Source: Prochlorococcus sp. AG-409-P19
GTDB lineage: Bacteria > Cyanobacteriota > Cyanobacteriia > PCC-6307 > Cyanobiaceae
Reading direction: 5' to 3'
Assembly: GCA_003215315.1 (NCBI GenBank)
Contig: QCKO01000005.1
Coordinates: 23,813 to 87,812, forward strand
DNA: 64,000 bases
In this document: positions 20,909 to 29,007 of the stretch, piece by piece
Position numbering within the stretch: position 1 is the first letter of the stretch
Layout of the letters: each line of letters begins with the position of its first letter
Position numbers and translations under genes: made by a program
The notes under the pieces: model-generated
Database searches by the model: none
What the model saw: only the letters and a program-made list of their open reading frames with translations
What the model was told of the DNA's origin: nothing

Positions 20909-22156
20909 CTATAAAAAGAGAGCTTTGGATATCATAATAGCTAAAGACTTACTAGCTCCAGGCTTACCCATCCTTTTGGCTCCATTAATACCTCTTTTAA
21001 AGCTATCCAGTGGGTTACAAAGCAATGCCTCTACTTCTAACGCTAAAATCTTTTTATTGGCACAAGGAATAACTGAACCACCCAACAGTCGACTCTGACG
21101 TGATGCAAAGCTCCAATTAAATTGCGGGCCCTTTCCAGGTAAAGAAACGCAAGGTATTCCTAAACCAACTAATTGCTCTGTCGCAGTTCCTGCATTTGAC
21201 AATCCAATTTCCGACCATTTTGCCCATAAATGAAATTTAGCAATGCCCAAAAATACAACCAAAGAATGTTTTTTCCAACTTGAGACTGACTCCACATCAA
21301 GAATAGGATTCACAATTTCGACAAACCCTAAAGCACGCATAATTGATTCAATCGTCTTTAGCATTGATGAAGATCCCAACGCGACAAAAATTGCAATTGG
21401 CTGTGACTCCCGAATAAGTTCTGCGGAAGCTAAAAGACTCTCGAAATTGCGATAAGCTTCTGGTATACGGCTACCAGGCAGGAGTATTAATCTCCTGTAG
21501 TTTGTCAACTTATCAGGGAGTGACTGACTTGAAAATCCATCCATCATAGGATTGCCTGGAGAACAAGCCGACACCCCATGTCTTTTTAATCCTCTTTCAG
21601 TCAGTCTGTCACGAACTGCAACTAATTTGCAGCGACGAGATCGCATTAATCTCAATTCCCAACTATCCCATTCACTTCCTTTTAGGCGATGGTACAAATC
21701 ACTGAGACGAAAACCAGGTTTACTAGTCCAGGTATAATCACTTTTTGGAGTTCCCACGAACACAAAATCTCTACCACTTGACCAAGCCAAGAGCAAAGGA
21801 AATATATCTCCAATACAAATAATTAGTCTTCCTTTACTCGCAGAAGTCTGCACAGTACGCCATTGATTCCAAACAATAAAAATCAAACCAAACCACAGAT
21901 CTATAAATAAACCTCTGAAACTTTGATTGCTAAAACCACCACTAGGCAAATTAAAACAAGGACCAAGTTTCACAACCCATCCTTCCACAATAGATTTCTC
22001 GAAAACCCTTCCTTCTCCGACTAAAGGTAAAACTTCTAATGGAAGTTCTGGATACAGTTGATGAAGTTGACTCATCACACTGAATGCTATGAGGTCTTCT
22101 CCGTGTCCATTACAAAGAAACAAGACACTTTTTTTTCCTTGACTGATAGCATTCAA
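20909..22156 (-). CDS. Lipid-A-disaccharide synthase-related glycosyltransferase (TIGR03492-like)
   Basis: LFLCNGHGEDLIA, LPSGGFS, GTPKSDY, GNPMMDG, LLPGSR, AGTATEQLVGLG.P. Start placed at TTG 22156 because the track's extension is antisense tRNA sequence. Confidence 0.85.
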   Translation of the reverse strand: MNAISQGKKSVLFLCNGHGEDLIAFSVMSQLHQLYPELPLEVLPLVGEGRVFEKSIVEGWVVKLGPCFNLPSGGFSNQSFRGLFIDLWFGLIFIVWNQWRTVQTSASKGRLIICIGDIFPLLLAWSSGRDFVFVGTPKSDYTWTSKPGFRLSDLYHRLKGSEWDSWELRLMRSRRCKLVAVRDRLTERGLKRHGVSACSPGNPMMDGFSSQSLPDKLTNYRRLILLPGSRIPEAYRNFESLLASAELIRESQPIAIFVALGSSSMLKTIESIMRALGFVEIVNPILDVESVSSWKKHSLVVFLGIAKFHLWAKWSEIGLSNAGTATEQLVGLGIPCVSLPGKGPQFNWSFASRQSRLLGGSVIPCANKKILALEVEALLCNPLDSFKRGINGAKRMGKPGASKSLAIMISKALFL

Positions 22157-22180
22157 TTTAGAAGAGAACTTTCTCTTGTC

Positions 22181-22251
22181 GGCGGCATGGCCAAGTGGTA
22201 AGGCAGAGGATTGCAAATCCTTTATCCCCAGTTCGAATCTGGGTGCCGCCT
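22181..22251 (+). tRNA. tRNA-Cys(GCA)
   Basis: Acceptor GGCGGCA/TGCCGCC, anticodon arm GAGGA-TTGCAAA-TCCTT, T-arm CCCAGTTCGAATCTGGG. Confidence 0.97.
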
Positions 22252-22302
22252 TTAACAGTTTACGCTTGATTTTCTTGAGAAGCCTTCCCAGTACAATGCT
22301 CC

Positions 22303-22380
22303 ATGTGTAGCGAGTGGCAAGTTTCAAACAGGTGAGGCGATAGGAAAGCGGAAGGGGAGAACATTGTTCCTTTCCCTACT
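22303..22380 (+). ncRNA. Candidate small RNA (5' end loosely Yfr2-like)
   Basis: TACAAT -10 box at 22292-22297, a GC-rich patch in AT-rich DNA beginning ATGTGTAGCGAGT, and a possible 3' stem TAGGAAAG.../...CTTTCCCTA. Confidence 0.3.
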
Positions 22381-22629
22381 TAAGTATTGCAGTTTTGCCC
22401 TTCCAAAGCATCATGTAAAAAAGAACCCAAGATAAAATCCGAATCATATCTAGGATTTTTTTCGTAATAGCATTGAGTAATAATGAAAGATATCTATAAA
22501 ACTTTGATAGATAGAGAAAAGAAAAAAAAAAATCAAATCCAAACTTCATGATTAAAAAAAATAATTAAAAATGTTTATCCATAAAAATCAATCCTGCATC
22601 TGACTAGCTAAAAACTAAACTTTCCCAGC

Positions 22630-22668
22630 TTGACGATCAGAGCTAACGCAACTAGTATAAATGTACTA
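22630..22668 (+). promoter_or_regulatory. Sigma70 promoter (TTGACG-N17-TAGTAT) with LexA-like box overlapping the -10 element
   Basis: -35 at 22630-22635 and -10 at 22653-22658. TAGTATAAATGTACTA (22653-22668) differs by one base from the cyanobacterial LexA box AGTAC-N4-GTACT. Confidence 0.7.
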
Positions 22669-22762
22669 TTAAGGCAAGGTCATGGCGTAGCCCGCTCAAA
22701 AGCATCCCTACGAATAGTCCAAGCAAATTTCTTTCTACGGCTATCAAATCTTAAGTACACAC

Positions 22763-23062
22763 ATGAACCAATTAACTCAAAGCAATACACAGATTCTGAG
22801 CAAGAATGGCATTCCTTCGCCGTCAGGATGGCTAGTCTGCCCAGCAAGAAACCTTGCTTTACTCTTCATTACAAATTCAAAGCACCCAAAAAACGCGCGA
22901 AATATAACCACTCAACTTTGGCATTGCACTATTAAGGGCATCCCCACTAAGCTAAAAAATACAAGAAAAATGGATCTAGAAAGTGCCATAGAAACATGGA
23001 ATGAACTTCTAAATCATGGATGGGAAGGGATAACAGAGCAAATCAACAATCGCGTCGCTTAA
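22763..23062 (+). CDS. DUF1651-like protein (picocyanobacterial family of unknown function)
   Basis: GWLVCP...LLF and LKNTRKM.LESAIETWNELL..GW match the DUF1651 pattern as recalled. Confidence 0.75.
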   Translation: MNQLTQSNTQILSKNGIPSPSGWLVCPARNLALLFITNSKHPKNARNITTQLWHCTIKGIPTKLKNTRKMDLESAIETWNELLNHGWEGITEQINNRVA

Positions 23063-23293
23063 TAAATTATTTCCAATTCAAATAATACCTTTAAAGCCTT
23101 TGGAATTAAATTGATTATTTGTTCATAAATTACAATTTTATACTTTTCTATGTCTAACAATAGAAAGCAATTTGCTAATCTGTCACATTAACTTTACTAA
23201 GAAATATTCCTTATAGAGTTATTTACATTACAAAAAATTCATTATTAATAATGTATTCATCAATAAAATATATAATTTCAAAAAATTCCTAAC

Positions 23294-23725
23294 GTGTCAA
23301 ACCCAGTTGAATTCAGCTCATTTTACACACTTCTTAATGCTATCAAAGAAGGAGACGAAGAGAAAATTGACACACTGAATAAGTTACTGGGGCAATATAA
23401 AACAGGAGAATTAGCCAAAAGCTTCTTAGAAGAACTCGGTCAACTGTATATATTTATTGGCGTAGATGAATTATACAAATATACTAACCAACAAAACATT
23501 AAAAATATTGGCGCAATTGACAAGGAAGGTTGGGAAACTCTCTCGGAAGAGAATGAAGCAGATCTTCCGAAATACTTAGCAAATGAAATGGTCAAATACT
23601 TTCAGCAAAATAAAATCTCATCAATTCTTGCAACAAAGTGGAATGTCAGAGAAAGAGAAGTTAAAAAACATACAACCCAAATGGCAAGATATGTAGTAGA
23701 GGGAATACTTGATGTACTTGAATGA
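23294..23725 (+). CDS. Hypothetical protein (143 aa, acidic, probably helical)
   Basis: Long ORF in very AT-rich DNA with plausible composition and a GTG start; no motif recognised. Confidence 0.75.
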   Translation: MSNPVEFSSFYTLLNAIKEGDEEKIDTLNKLLGQYKTGELAKSFLEELGQLYIFIGVDELYKYTNQQNIKNIGAIDKEGWETLSEENEADLPKYLANEMVKYFQQNKISSILATKWNVREREVKKHTTQMARYVVEGILDVLE

Positions 23726-23822
23726 AGCTAACTACTATAAAACTTTATCCTTTATCAAAGATCAGTCTTTTTAATAGCGTTGATCAATATTCAGTCGGTA
23801 AACTTTTACACAATATACATGT

Positions 23823-23945
23823 TTAATAGTCATTATCAGCCACGCACATTCCAATACATCTAATTCCGTTTTCACTTGTTCGACCACAGTGTTGACAAAG
23901 TATTTTCGCAATCCCAGAATCCTCAGAGGTTTCTGACTGGCGCAT
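23823..23945 (-). CDS. Small Cys-rich protein (40 aa; CxxC...CxxxC)
   Basis: Manual translation MRQSETSEDSGIAKILCQHCGRTSENGIRCIGMCVADNDY*, ATG at 23945 and TAA at 23823. Below the ORF-track length cutoff. Confidence 0.75.
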   Translation of the reverse strand: MRQSETSEDSGIAKILCQHCGRTSENGIRCIGMCVADNDY

Positions 23946-24045
23946 AATTCTTTGAATAGAATCAAAGGAATCTATTTTGGAGGGAATTAAAACCATTTCA
24001 TTATCCTATAGTCAATAATTATTCTTCGAAGATTTTAAAGCAAAC

Positions 24046-25005
24046 GTGATTGGAATAGGTTTCGGCACATGGGCTTGGGGAAACAAACTCATATGGGGTT
24101 ACAACTCCGCAAGAGATGACTCTTTGCTCGCAAAAACCTTTATCAAGGCAACTGAAGGTGGCTTATCAATTGTTGATACTGCTGATTCATATGGTACAGG
24201 CAATCTACAAGGGCGAAGTGAAATACTTATTGGCAAATTTATTCAACAGATGTCAAAAAAAGAACGAAACAAATTAATAGTAGCAACAAAATTAGCTCCT
24301 TTCCCTTGGCGACAAGGCAGAAAAAGTATAAAAAAAGCTTTTCTAAATAGTCAAAACAGGCTCCAAGGGAATCTTGATAGAGTACAACTACACTGGAGTA
24401 CAGCCCGTTATGCGCCGTGGCAAGAAACTCAACTATTAGATGGTTTAGGAGATCTCTTTGAATGTGGTTCAGTTAAAGAAATAGGTTTATCGAATATCGG
24501 ACCTGATCGATTGATGTTTTTACATAAAAGATTAGATGAAAGAAGAATTCCTATTAAAAGTATTCAAACCCAATTCTCATTACTTGTTACCCCAACAAAA
24601 AAAGAAAAAGATCTGCAAAAACTTTCTCTAGAGTTAGGAATAGAGCTTTTAGCATACAGTCCTTTAGCCTTAGGCATTCTTGCAATTAATCCAGATATCA
24701 ATTATGCACCGTCTACATTTATACGTAGAAATCTCTTTAAGCAGATACTACCTAAAACAAAGTTAATAAGAAAAGCATTATTCGATATAGCAAAAAAACG
24801 AGGATCTTCCCAATCAGCAGTTGCTCTAAACTGGTGTAGAGCGCATGGGAGAATACCTCTTCCAGGCATCAGAACTCCTAAGCAGGCCTTAGAAGCAAAT
24901 CAAGCTCTCAGATGGAAAATGACTCAAGAAGAAAAAAAGTATTTAGATGAACTTAGAAAATTATGCTCTATAAGTATGCCAAATAATCCATTCCAGAGTT
25001 CCTAA
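24046..25005 (+). CDS. Aldo/keto reductase
   Basis: IGFGTWAWG, DTADSYG, VATK, VQLHW, IGLSN, LAYSPLA.G. Confidence 0.92.
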   Translation: MIGIGFGTWAWGNKLIWGYNSARDDSLLAKTFIKATEGGLSIVDTADSYGTGNLQGRSEILIGKFIQQMSKKERNKLIVATKLAPFPWRQGRKSIKKAFLNSQNRLQGNLDRVQLHWSTARYAPWQETQLLDGLGDLFECGSVKEIGLSNIGPDRLMFLHKRLDERRIPIKSIQTQFSLLVTPTKKEKDLQKLSLELGIELLAYSPLALGILAINPDINYAPSTFIRRNLFKQILPKTKLIRKALFDIAKKRGSSQSAVALNWCRAHGRIPLPGIRTPKQALEANQALRWKMTQEEKKYLDELRKLCSISMPNNPFQSS

Positions 25006-25014
25006 AAAATCTCG

Positions 25015-25641
25015 CTAAGTATCAGGGCTAACAATCACTTTCATGCTAGGGGAGGAAGAAGGCAGGTTAATTACTTTTGCAGGTGGTATAGGTTGAGTAT
25101 TTTCTATTTTCTTTTCAACTTCTTCTTTAGGCTCTGCCTCCTCTTGAGAGCAAGCTTCTAATGCTTCTCTCAAAAGAGAATCAAAAGTAGCGCCAGGGAG
25201 CCTATGTCGTGCTATTTCTAAAAACGTTAATGGAAGAGACTCTGATGCAGCATCTTTGAGCGCTGGATTGTTTTTGCGGTGTTCTTGTTCATCTTGTATG
25301 GCTCGAATAAAACGAAGGGTAACTTCATGCTTAGTAGAGGCCTTAATTAAAGTGTCATTATCTCGTTGCCCATTAATTGCTTCTTGCTCCAGATCTTGAA
25401 TGCGTCTATCAAGGCTAGTTAAAACTTCATCAGCTTCTTTACTGATATGGGCCAATTGACCATCCGACAAATTTGGTAAATCAGCGACATATACTTTTCC
25501 ATGGTCTCTTAAGGTCAAAAATGTAGGCCTGGGACCTTGACGCATTGAACTATCAGACTGTCCAGGTAGCGGTCTCCGTGGAGGAGTAGGACCTGCAGAA
25601 CTTCTCCTACGGGTAAGCCGCTGTTGATTTTCGAGAGGCAT
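25015..25641 (-). CDS. Conserved hypothetical protein (coiled-coil)
   Basis: RRRSSAGPTPPRRP and RPTFLTLRDHGKVYVADLP, familiar from picocyanobacteria; lies downstream of purM. Confidence 0.8.
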   Translation of the reverse strand: MPLENQQRLTRRRSSAGPTPPRRPLPGQSDSSMRQGPRPTFLTLRDHGKVYVADLPNLSDGQLAHISKEADEVLTSLDRRIQDLEQEAINGQRDNDTLIKASTKHEVTLRFIRAIQDEQEHRKNNPALKDAASESLPLTFLEIARHRLPGATFDSLLREALEACSQEEAEPKEEVEKKIENTQPIPPAKVINLPSSSPSMKVIVSPDT

Positions 25642-25795
25642 CGCACTAACTAAGGATCTAACTTCGCAGCTTCCGAAAAAATATTCGGTTTGCGTTTTTT
25701 TTGATTCTACTATCTTATGATCAAATTAAAAAACAATCTAATGTTCGTTTAATCAAAAAGTTGATTTCCAGTCAAGACAAACAAAAAACTCTTCA

Positions 25796-26833
25796 TTAAA
25801 AAGGCAATCCAACCAAGCCATCTAATCGCGAATCAGGACATTCTTGTATCTCGCCAATAACCCAAGATTCAAAACCATTCTCTCTACAAAGCTCCAAAGT
25901 TGAATTATTAGCAGAAGGAGGAACAACTACACAAAAACCAACCCCCATATTAAAAGTATTCCAAAGATCCTTTTCAGGAATTGTTCCCATATCTTGAAGC
26001 CAACTGAAAATTTCAGGGACTTTCCATGTTTGACAATCTATAACCGCCTGAAGGCCCTTAGGTATTGATCTAGGTAAGTTTTCAGGCAAGCCACCTCCAG
26101 TGATATGAGACATCCCTCTTATAGGTAAACCAATCTGAACAAAAGCATTAACCAATTTGGAATAAATAAATGTTGGCTCCAACAATTTTTCAATAAGATT
26201 ATCTTCACCCGTACCAAACCTTGTATTAGAAGTAGCTTTCACAGTTTCGAGCACCTTTCTAACAAGGCTATATCCATTACTATGTATTCCATTACTTTGA
26301 ACAGCAATAATTGAATCTCCTATTTGTATTTTTTTCCCATCAATTAACTTAGATCTATCGATTATTCCCACACAAAATCCTGCCAAGTCATATCTACCCT
26401 TCGAATAGAATCCTGGCATTTCAGCTGTTTCTCCTCCCAAAAGAGAACAACCAGATTGACAACATCCATCAGCAATTCCTTCAACGACCTCAGCGAGAGC
26501 AGCAGGAGTAAGCGCACCAGTTGCTATGTAATCCAGGAAAAATAAAGGTTTGGCTCCATTTGTAATTACATCATTGACACACATTGCTACTAAATCAATT
26601 CCTACGCCAAAATGGCTTCCATAATCTTGAGCTAATTCTAATTTCGTTCCAACTCCATCTGTACCGGCAACCAAAACAGGCTGCTCAAATTCCTTGGAAA
26701 TACTTATACAACCTCCGAAACCACCCAGCCCACCCAAGACATCTCTGGTGTGAGTTGCTTCGACACTTGATTTAATTCTTTCTACAAATGATCTACCAGC
26801 ATCAACATCTACCCCCGAAGCTTTGTAATCCAT
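25796..26833 (-). CDS. purM: Phosphoribosylformylglycinamidine cyclo-ligase
   Basis: [60 protein letters not shown]. Confidence 0.97.
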   Translation of the reverse strand: MDYKASGVDVDAGRSFVERIKSSVEATHTRDVLGGLGGFGGCISISKEFEQPVLVAGTDGVGTKLELAQDYGSHFGVGIDLVAMCVNDVITNGAKPLFFLDYIATGALTPAALAEVVEGIADGCCQSGCSLLGGETAEMPGFYSKGRYDLAGFCVGIIDRSKLIDGKKIQIGDSIIAVQSNGIHSNGYSLVRKVLETVKATSNTRFGTGEDNLIEKLLEPTFIYSKLVNAFVQIGLPIRGMSHITGGGLPENLPRSIPKGLQAVIDCQTWKVPEIFSWLQDMGTIPEKDLWNTFNMGVGFCVVVPPSANNSTLELCRENGFESWVIGEIQECPDSRLDGLVGLPF

Positions 26834-26966
26834 CTTTTAAGAATCCCTTTCTGTATTCATTAAATTAATGTTCATATGAAGATGCATTTTGCTTCAGTAT
26901 GCAATCAACCTATTTAATTACCCACAACAAAAACACTCTTTGTATATTTAATTTTCAATTAAACAA

Positions 26967-28517
26967 GTGACAGCTCAAAATCTTGCTTCCCAAACCTCTT
27001 TAAAGACATGGCTCGCGAATCAAAACAAACCAATAATGTTTATCCCAACCATGGGTTCACTCCATGACGGTCATAGCTCATTAATCAAACAAGCAAAAGA
27101 CTATTTTTCCAGTAAAAACCCTCAAACTCTTGTAAGCATTTTTGTCAACCCTCTTCAATTTGGCCCAAAAGAAGATTTTACAAAATATCCACGAAATCAA
27201 AGAAAAGATTTCCACTCAGCTATGCAAGCTGGAGCCAATGCGGTTTGGACTCCTAGCTTCGAAGATATTTTTCCTGAGGGCGCAGAAAATCATTTCCAAA
27301 TAAAAGCCCCTCAAAAACTCACATCAAAGCTTTGTGGCATCAAAAGACCCGGTCATTTTGATGGTGTTGCAACTGTTGTTCTCCGCTTATTACAAATAAT
27401 AAAACCAGAAATCCTAATCCTAGGAGAAAAAGATTGGCAGCAATTAATTATCATAAGACGTCTTGTTGAAGATCTTGAAATTCCAACCCAAATCAAGTCT
27501 TTCCCAACCTATAGAGATGTTAATGGCATGGCATATAGCTCTAGAAATCAATATTTAAGCCCTACAGAAAAGAAAAATGCTTTAACATTATCAAGAGAAT
27601 TAAAATCTGCAAAAGATTTATATAAACAAGAAAAACCTATCAATATTAAAAGAATCACTTCTAATCTTATGCAAAACAATCTAGATATTGAATATCTGAA
27701 ATTAGTAGATATAGAGCTTCTAGAAGAAAAAAAATATTTTAAAAATATTTGTTTATTAGCAGCAGCTGTAAAATGTGGATCAACACGCCTAATTGACCAT
27801 ACCTTTCTGATGCGAAGATTTCCAATAGTTGCAATTGATGGCCCTGCTGGTGCAGGCAAAAGTACAGTTTCTAAAGCCTTTGCAAAGAAAGTTGGTTTAC
27901 TTTACTTAGATACAGGAGCTATGTATCGCGCAATCACTTGGTTTATACAAAGCAAAGGAATTGCATATGATAACGAACAAAAAGTTGTGGAAGCCATAAA
28001 AGACTGTGAGCTTACTCTAGAAACTTCTAATACAGGCCAAACAATAGTTTCTATCAACAAAAAAAAATTAACAGATGAAATCAGATCACCCAAGATCACT
28101 GAAAAGGTTGCATTAATAGCCTCCTATAAAACTGTAAGAGAAACTCTAACAAATCAACAAAAAAATATAGGACTAAGTGGCGGATTAGTAGCAGAAGGAA
28201 GGGATATAGGTACAGCTGTCTTCCCTGATGCTGAGGTGAAGATTTTCCTGACAGCTACTCCTTTAGAAAGAGCAAAAAGAAGAGCCCTAGATCTGAAAAG
28301 TCAAGGTTTTGATGTTCCTAATTTGAAGGTATTGGAAGCACAAATAAAAAAACGAGACCATGACGATAGCAACAGAGACATAGCTCCTTTAAAACAAGCC
28401 AAAGATGCTATTGAAATCATTACAGATGGAATGGGTAAAAATGAAGTGATTGATAGATTGATAGAAGTTTTCAGATCAAAAATACCAGAAGAAGTTTGGG
28501 CTACACCTGAGAATTAA
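26967..28517 (+). CDS. panC: Bifunctional pantoate--beta-alanine ligase / cytidylate kinase
   Basis: PTMGSLHDGH, SIFVNPLQF, RPGHFDGV, GEKDWQQ, followed by the Cmk domain AIDGPAGAGKST, DTGAMYRA, EGRDIGT. Confidence 0.96.
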   Translation: MTAQNLASQTSLKTWLANQNKPIMFIPTMGSLHDGHSSLIKQAKDYFSSKNPQTLVSIFVNPLQFGPKEDFTKYPRNQRKDFHSAMQAGANAVWTPSFEDIFPEGAENHFQIKAPQKLTSKLCGIKRPGHFDGVATVVLRLLQIIKPEILILGEKDWQQLIIIRRLVEDLEIPTQIKSFPTYRDVNGMAYSSRNQYLSPTEKKNALTLSRELKSAKDLYKQEKPINIKRITSNLMQNNLDIEYLKLVDIELLEEKKYFKNICLLAAAVKCGSTRLIDHTFLMRRFPIVAIDGPAGAGKSTVSKAFAKKVGLLYLDTGAMYRAITWFIQSKGIAYDNEQKVVEAIKDCELTLETSNTGQTIVSINKKKLTDEIRSPKITEKVALIASYKTVRETLTNQQKNIGLSGGLVAEGRDIGTAVFPDAEVKIFLTATPLERAKRRALDLKSQGFDVPNLKVLEAQIKKRDHDDSNRDIAPLKQAKDAIEIITDGMGKNEVIDRLIEVFRSKIPEEVWATPEN

Positions 28518-28980
28518 GGCTTGCTAATAAACCATCAATTGCATTATCTAATAGATCTAAAACCTGATCAAATCCATTCTCACCTCCATAATAAGGGTCT
28601 GGAACCTCGATAATATTTGTATCTGTTGCATATTCAAGCAGGGGCCGAATGCTTGCTTTTATTTCTCCAGATACTTGCATAGCTAAAGCATTAACATCAT
28701 CCAAATTTGATTGATCCATCGTCAGAATCAAATCATACTTCTGAAAGTCATTTAAGTTAATTACTCTTGCACGGCTAGTGATATCTATACCTCTCTTGGA
28801 TGCAGCTTTTCTCATTCGTGCATCAGCTAATTTACCAACGTGCCAAGAGCCCGTGCCTGCTGAATCGATCTCATAATTTGCGCTCCAGCCTTTTTTCTCT
28901 AATTTATTAAGACAAACAGCTTCTGCCGCTGGAGACCGGCAAATATTCCCAAGACAAATAAAAAGAATTTGTTTTTTCAT
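28501..28980 (-). CDS. Low molecular weight protein-tyrosine phosphatase
   Basis: CLGNICRS P-loop, DSAGT, DPYYGG. Confidence 0.95.
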   Translation of the reverse strand: MKKQILFICLGNICRSPAAEAVCLNKLEKKGWSANYEIDSAGTGSWHVGKLADARMRKAASKRGIDITSRARVINLNDFQKYDLILTMDQSNLDDVNALAMQVSGEIKASIRPLLEYATDTNIIEVPDPYYGGENGFDQVLDLLDNAIDGLLASLNSQV

Positions 28981-29007
28981 ACCTATAAAGCTGGTCCTAA
29001 ATTATTT

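Noticed and set aside
22157-22327. N-terminal 57 aa of the 472-aa track ORF
   Set aside because: AAPRFELGIKDLQSSALPLGHAA is the reverse-strand translation of tRNA-Cys; the family motif (LFLCNGHGED) begins after TTG 22156.
22376-22549. 57-codon hydrophobic minus-strand ORF (MKFGFDFFFS...) spanning an A11 run
   Set aside because: The Phe/Leu/Ile composition is what AT-rich non-coding DNA produces. There is no support for expression or phase variation.
22630-22935. 101-aa plus-strand ORF overlapping the DUF1651-like gene
   Set aside because: Its TTG is the -35 box of the predicted promoter, it overlaps a better gene in another frame, and it has no motif.
23771-23965. 64-aa minus-strand track ORF
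   Set aside because: Shadow of the 40-aa Cys-rich ORF in another frame, which has an ATG and a coherent motif.
22252-24045. Active prophage, tycheposon or integrative element at tRNA-Cys
   Set aside because: No integrase or recombinase ORF and no duplicated tRNA 3' end were found by eye.
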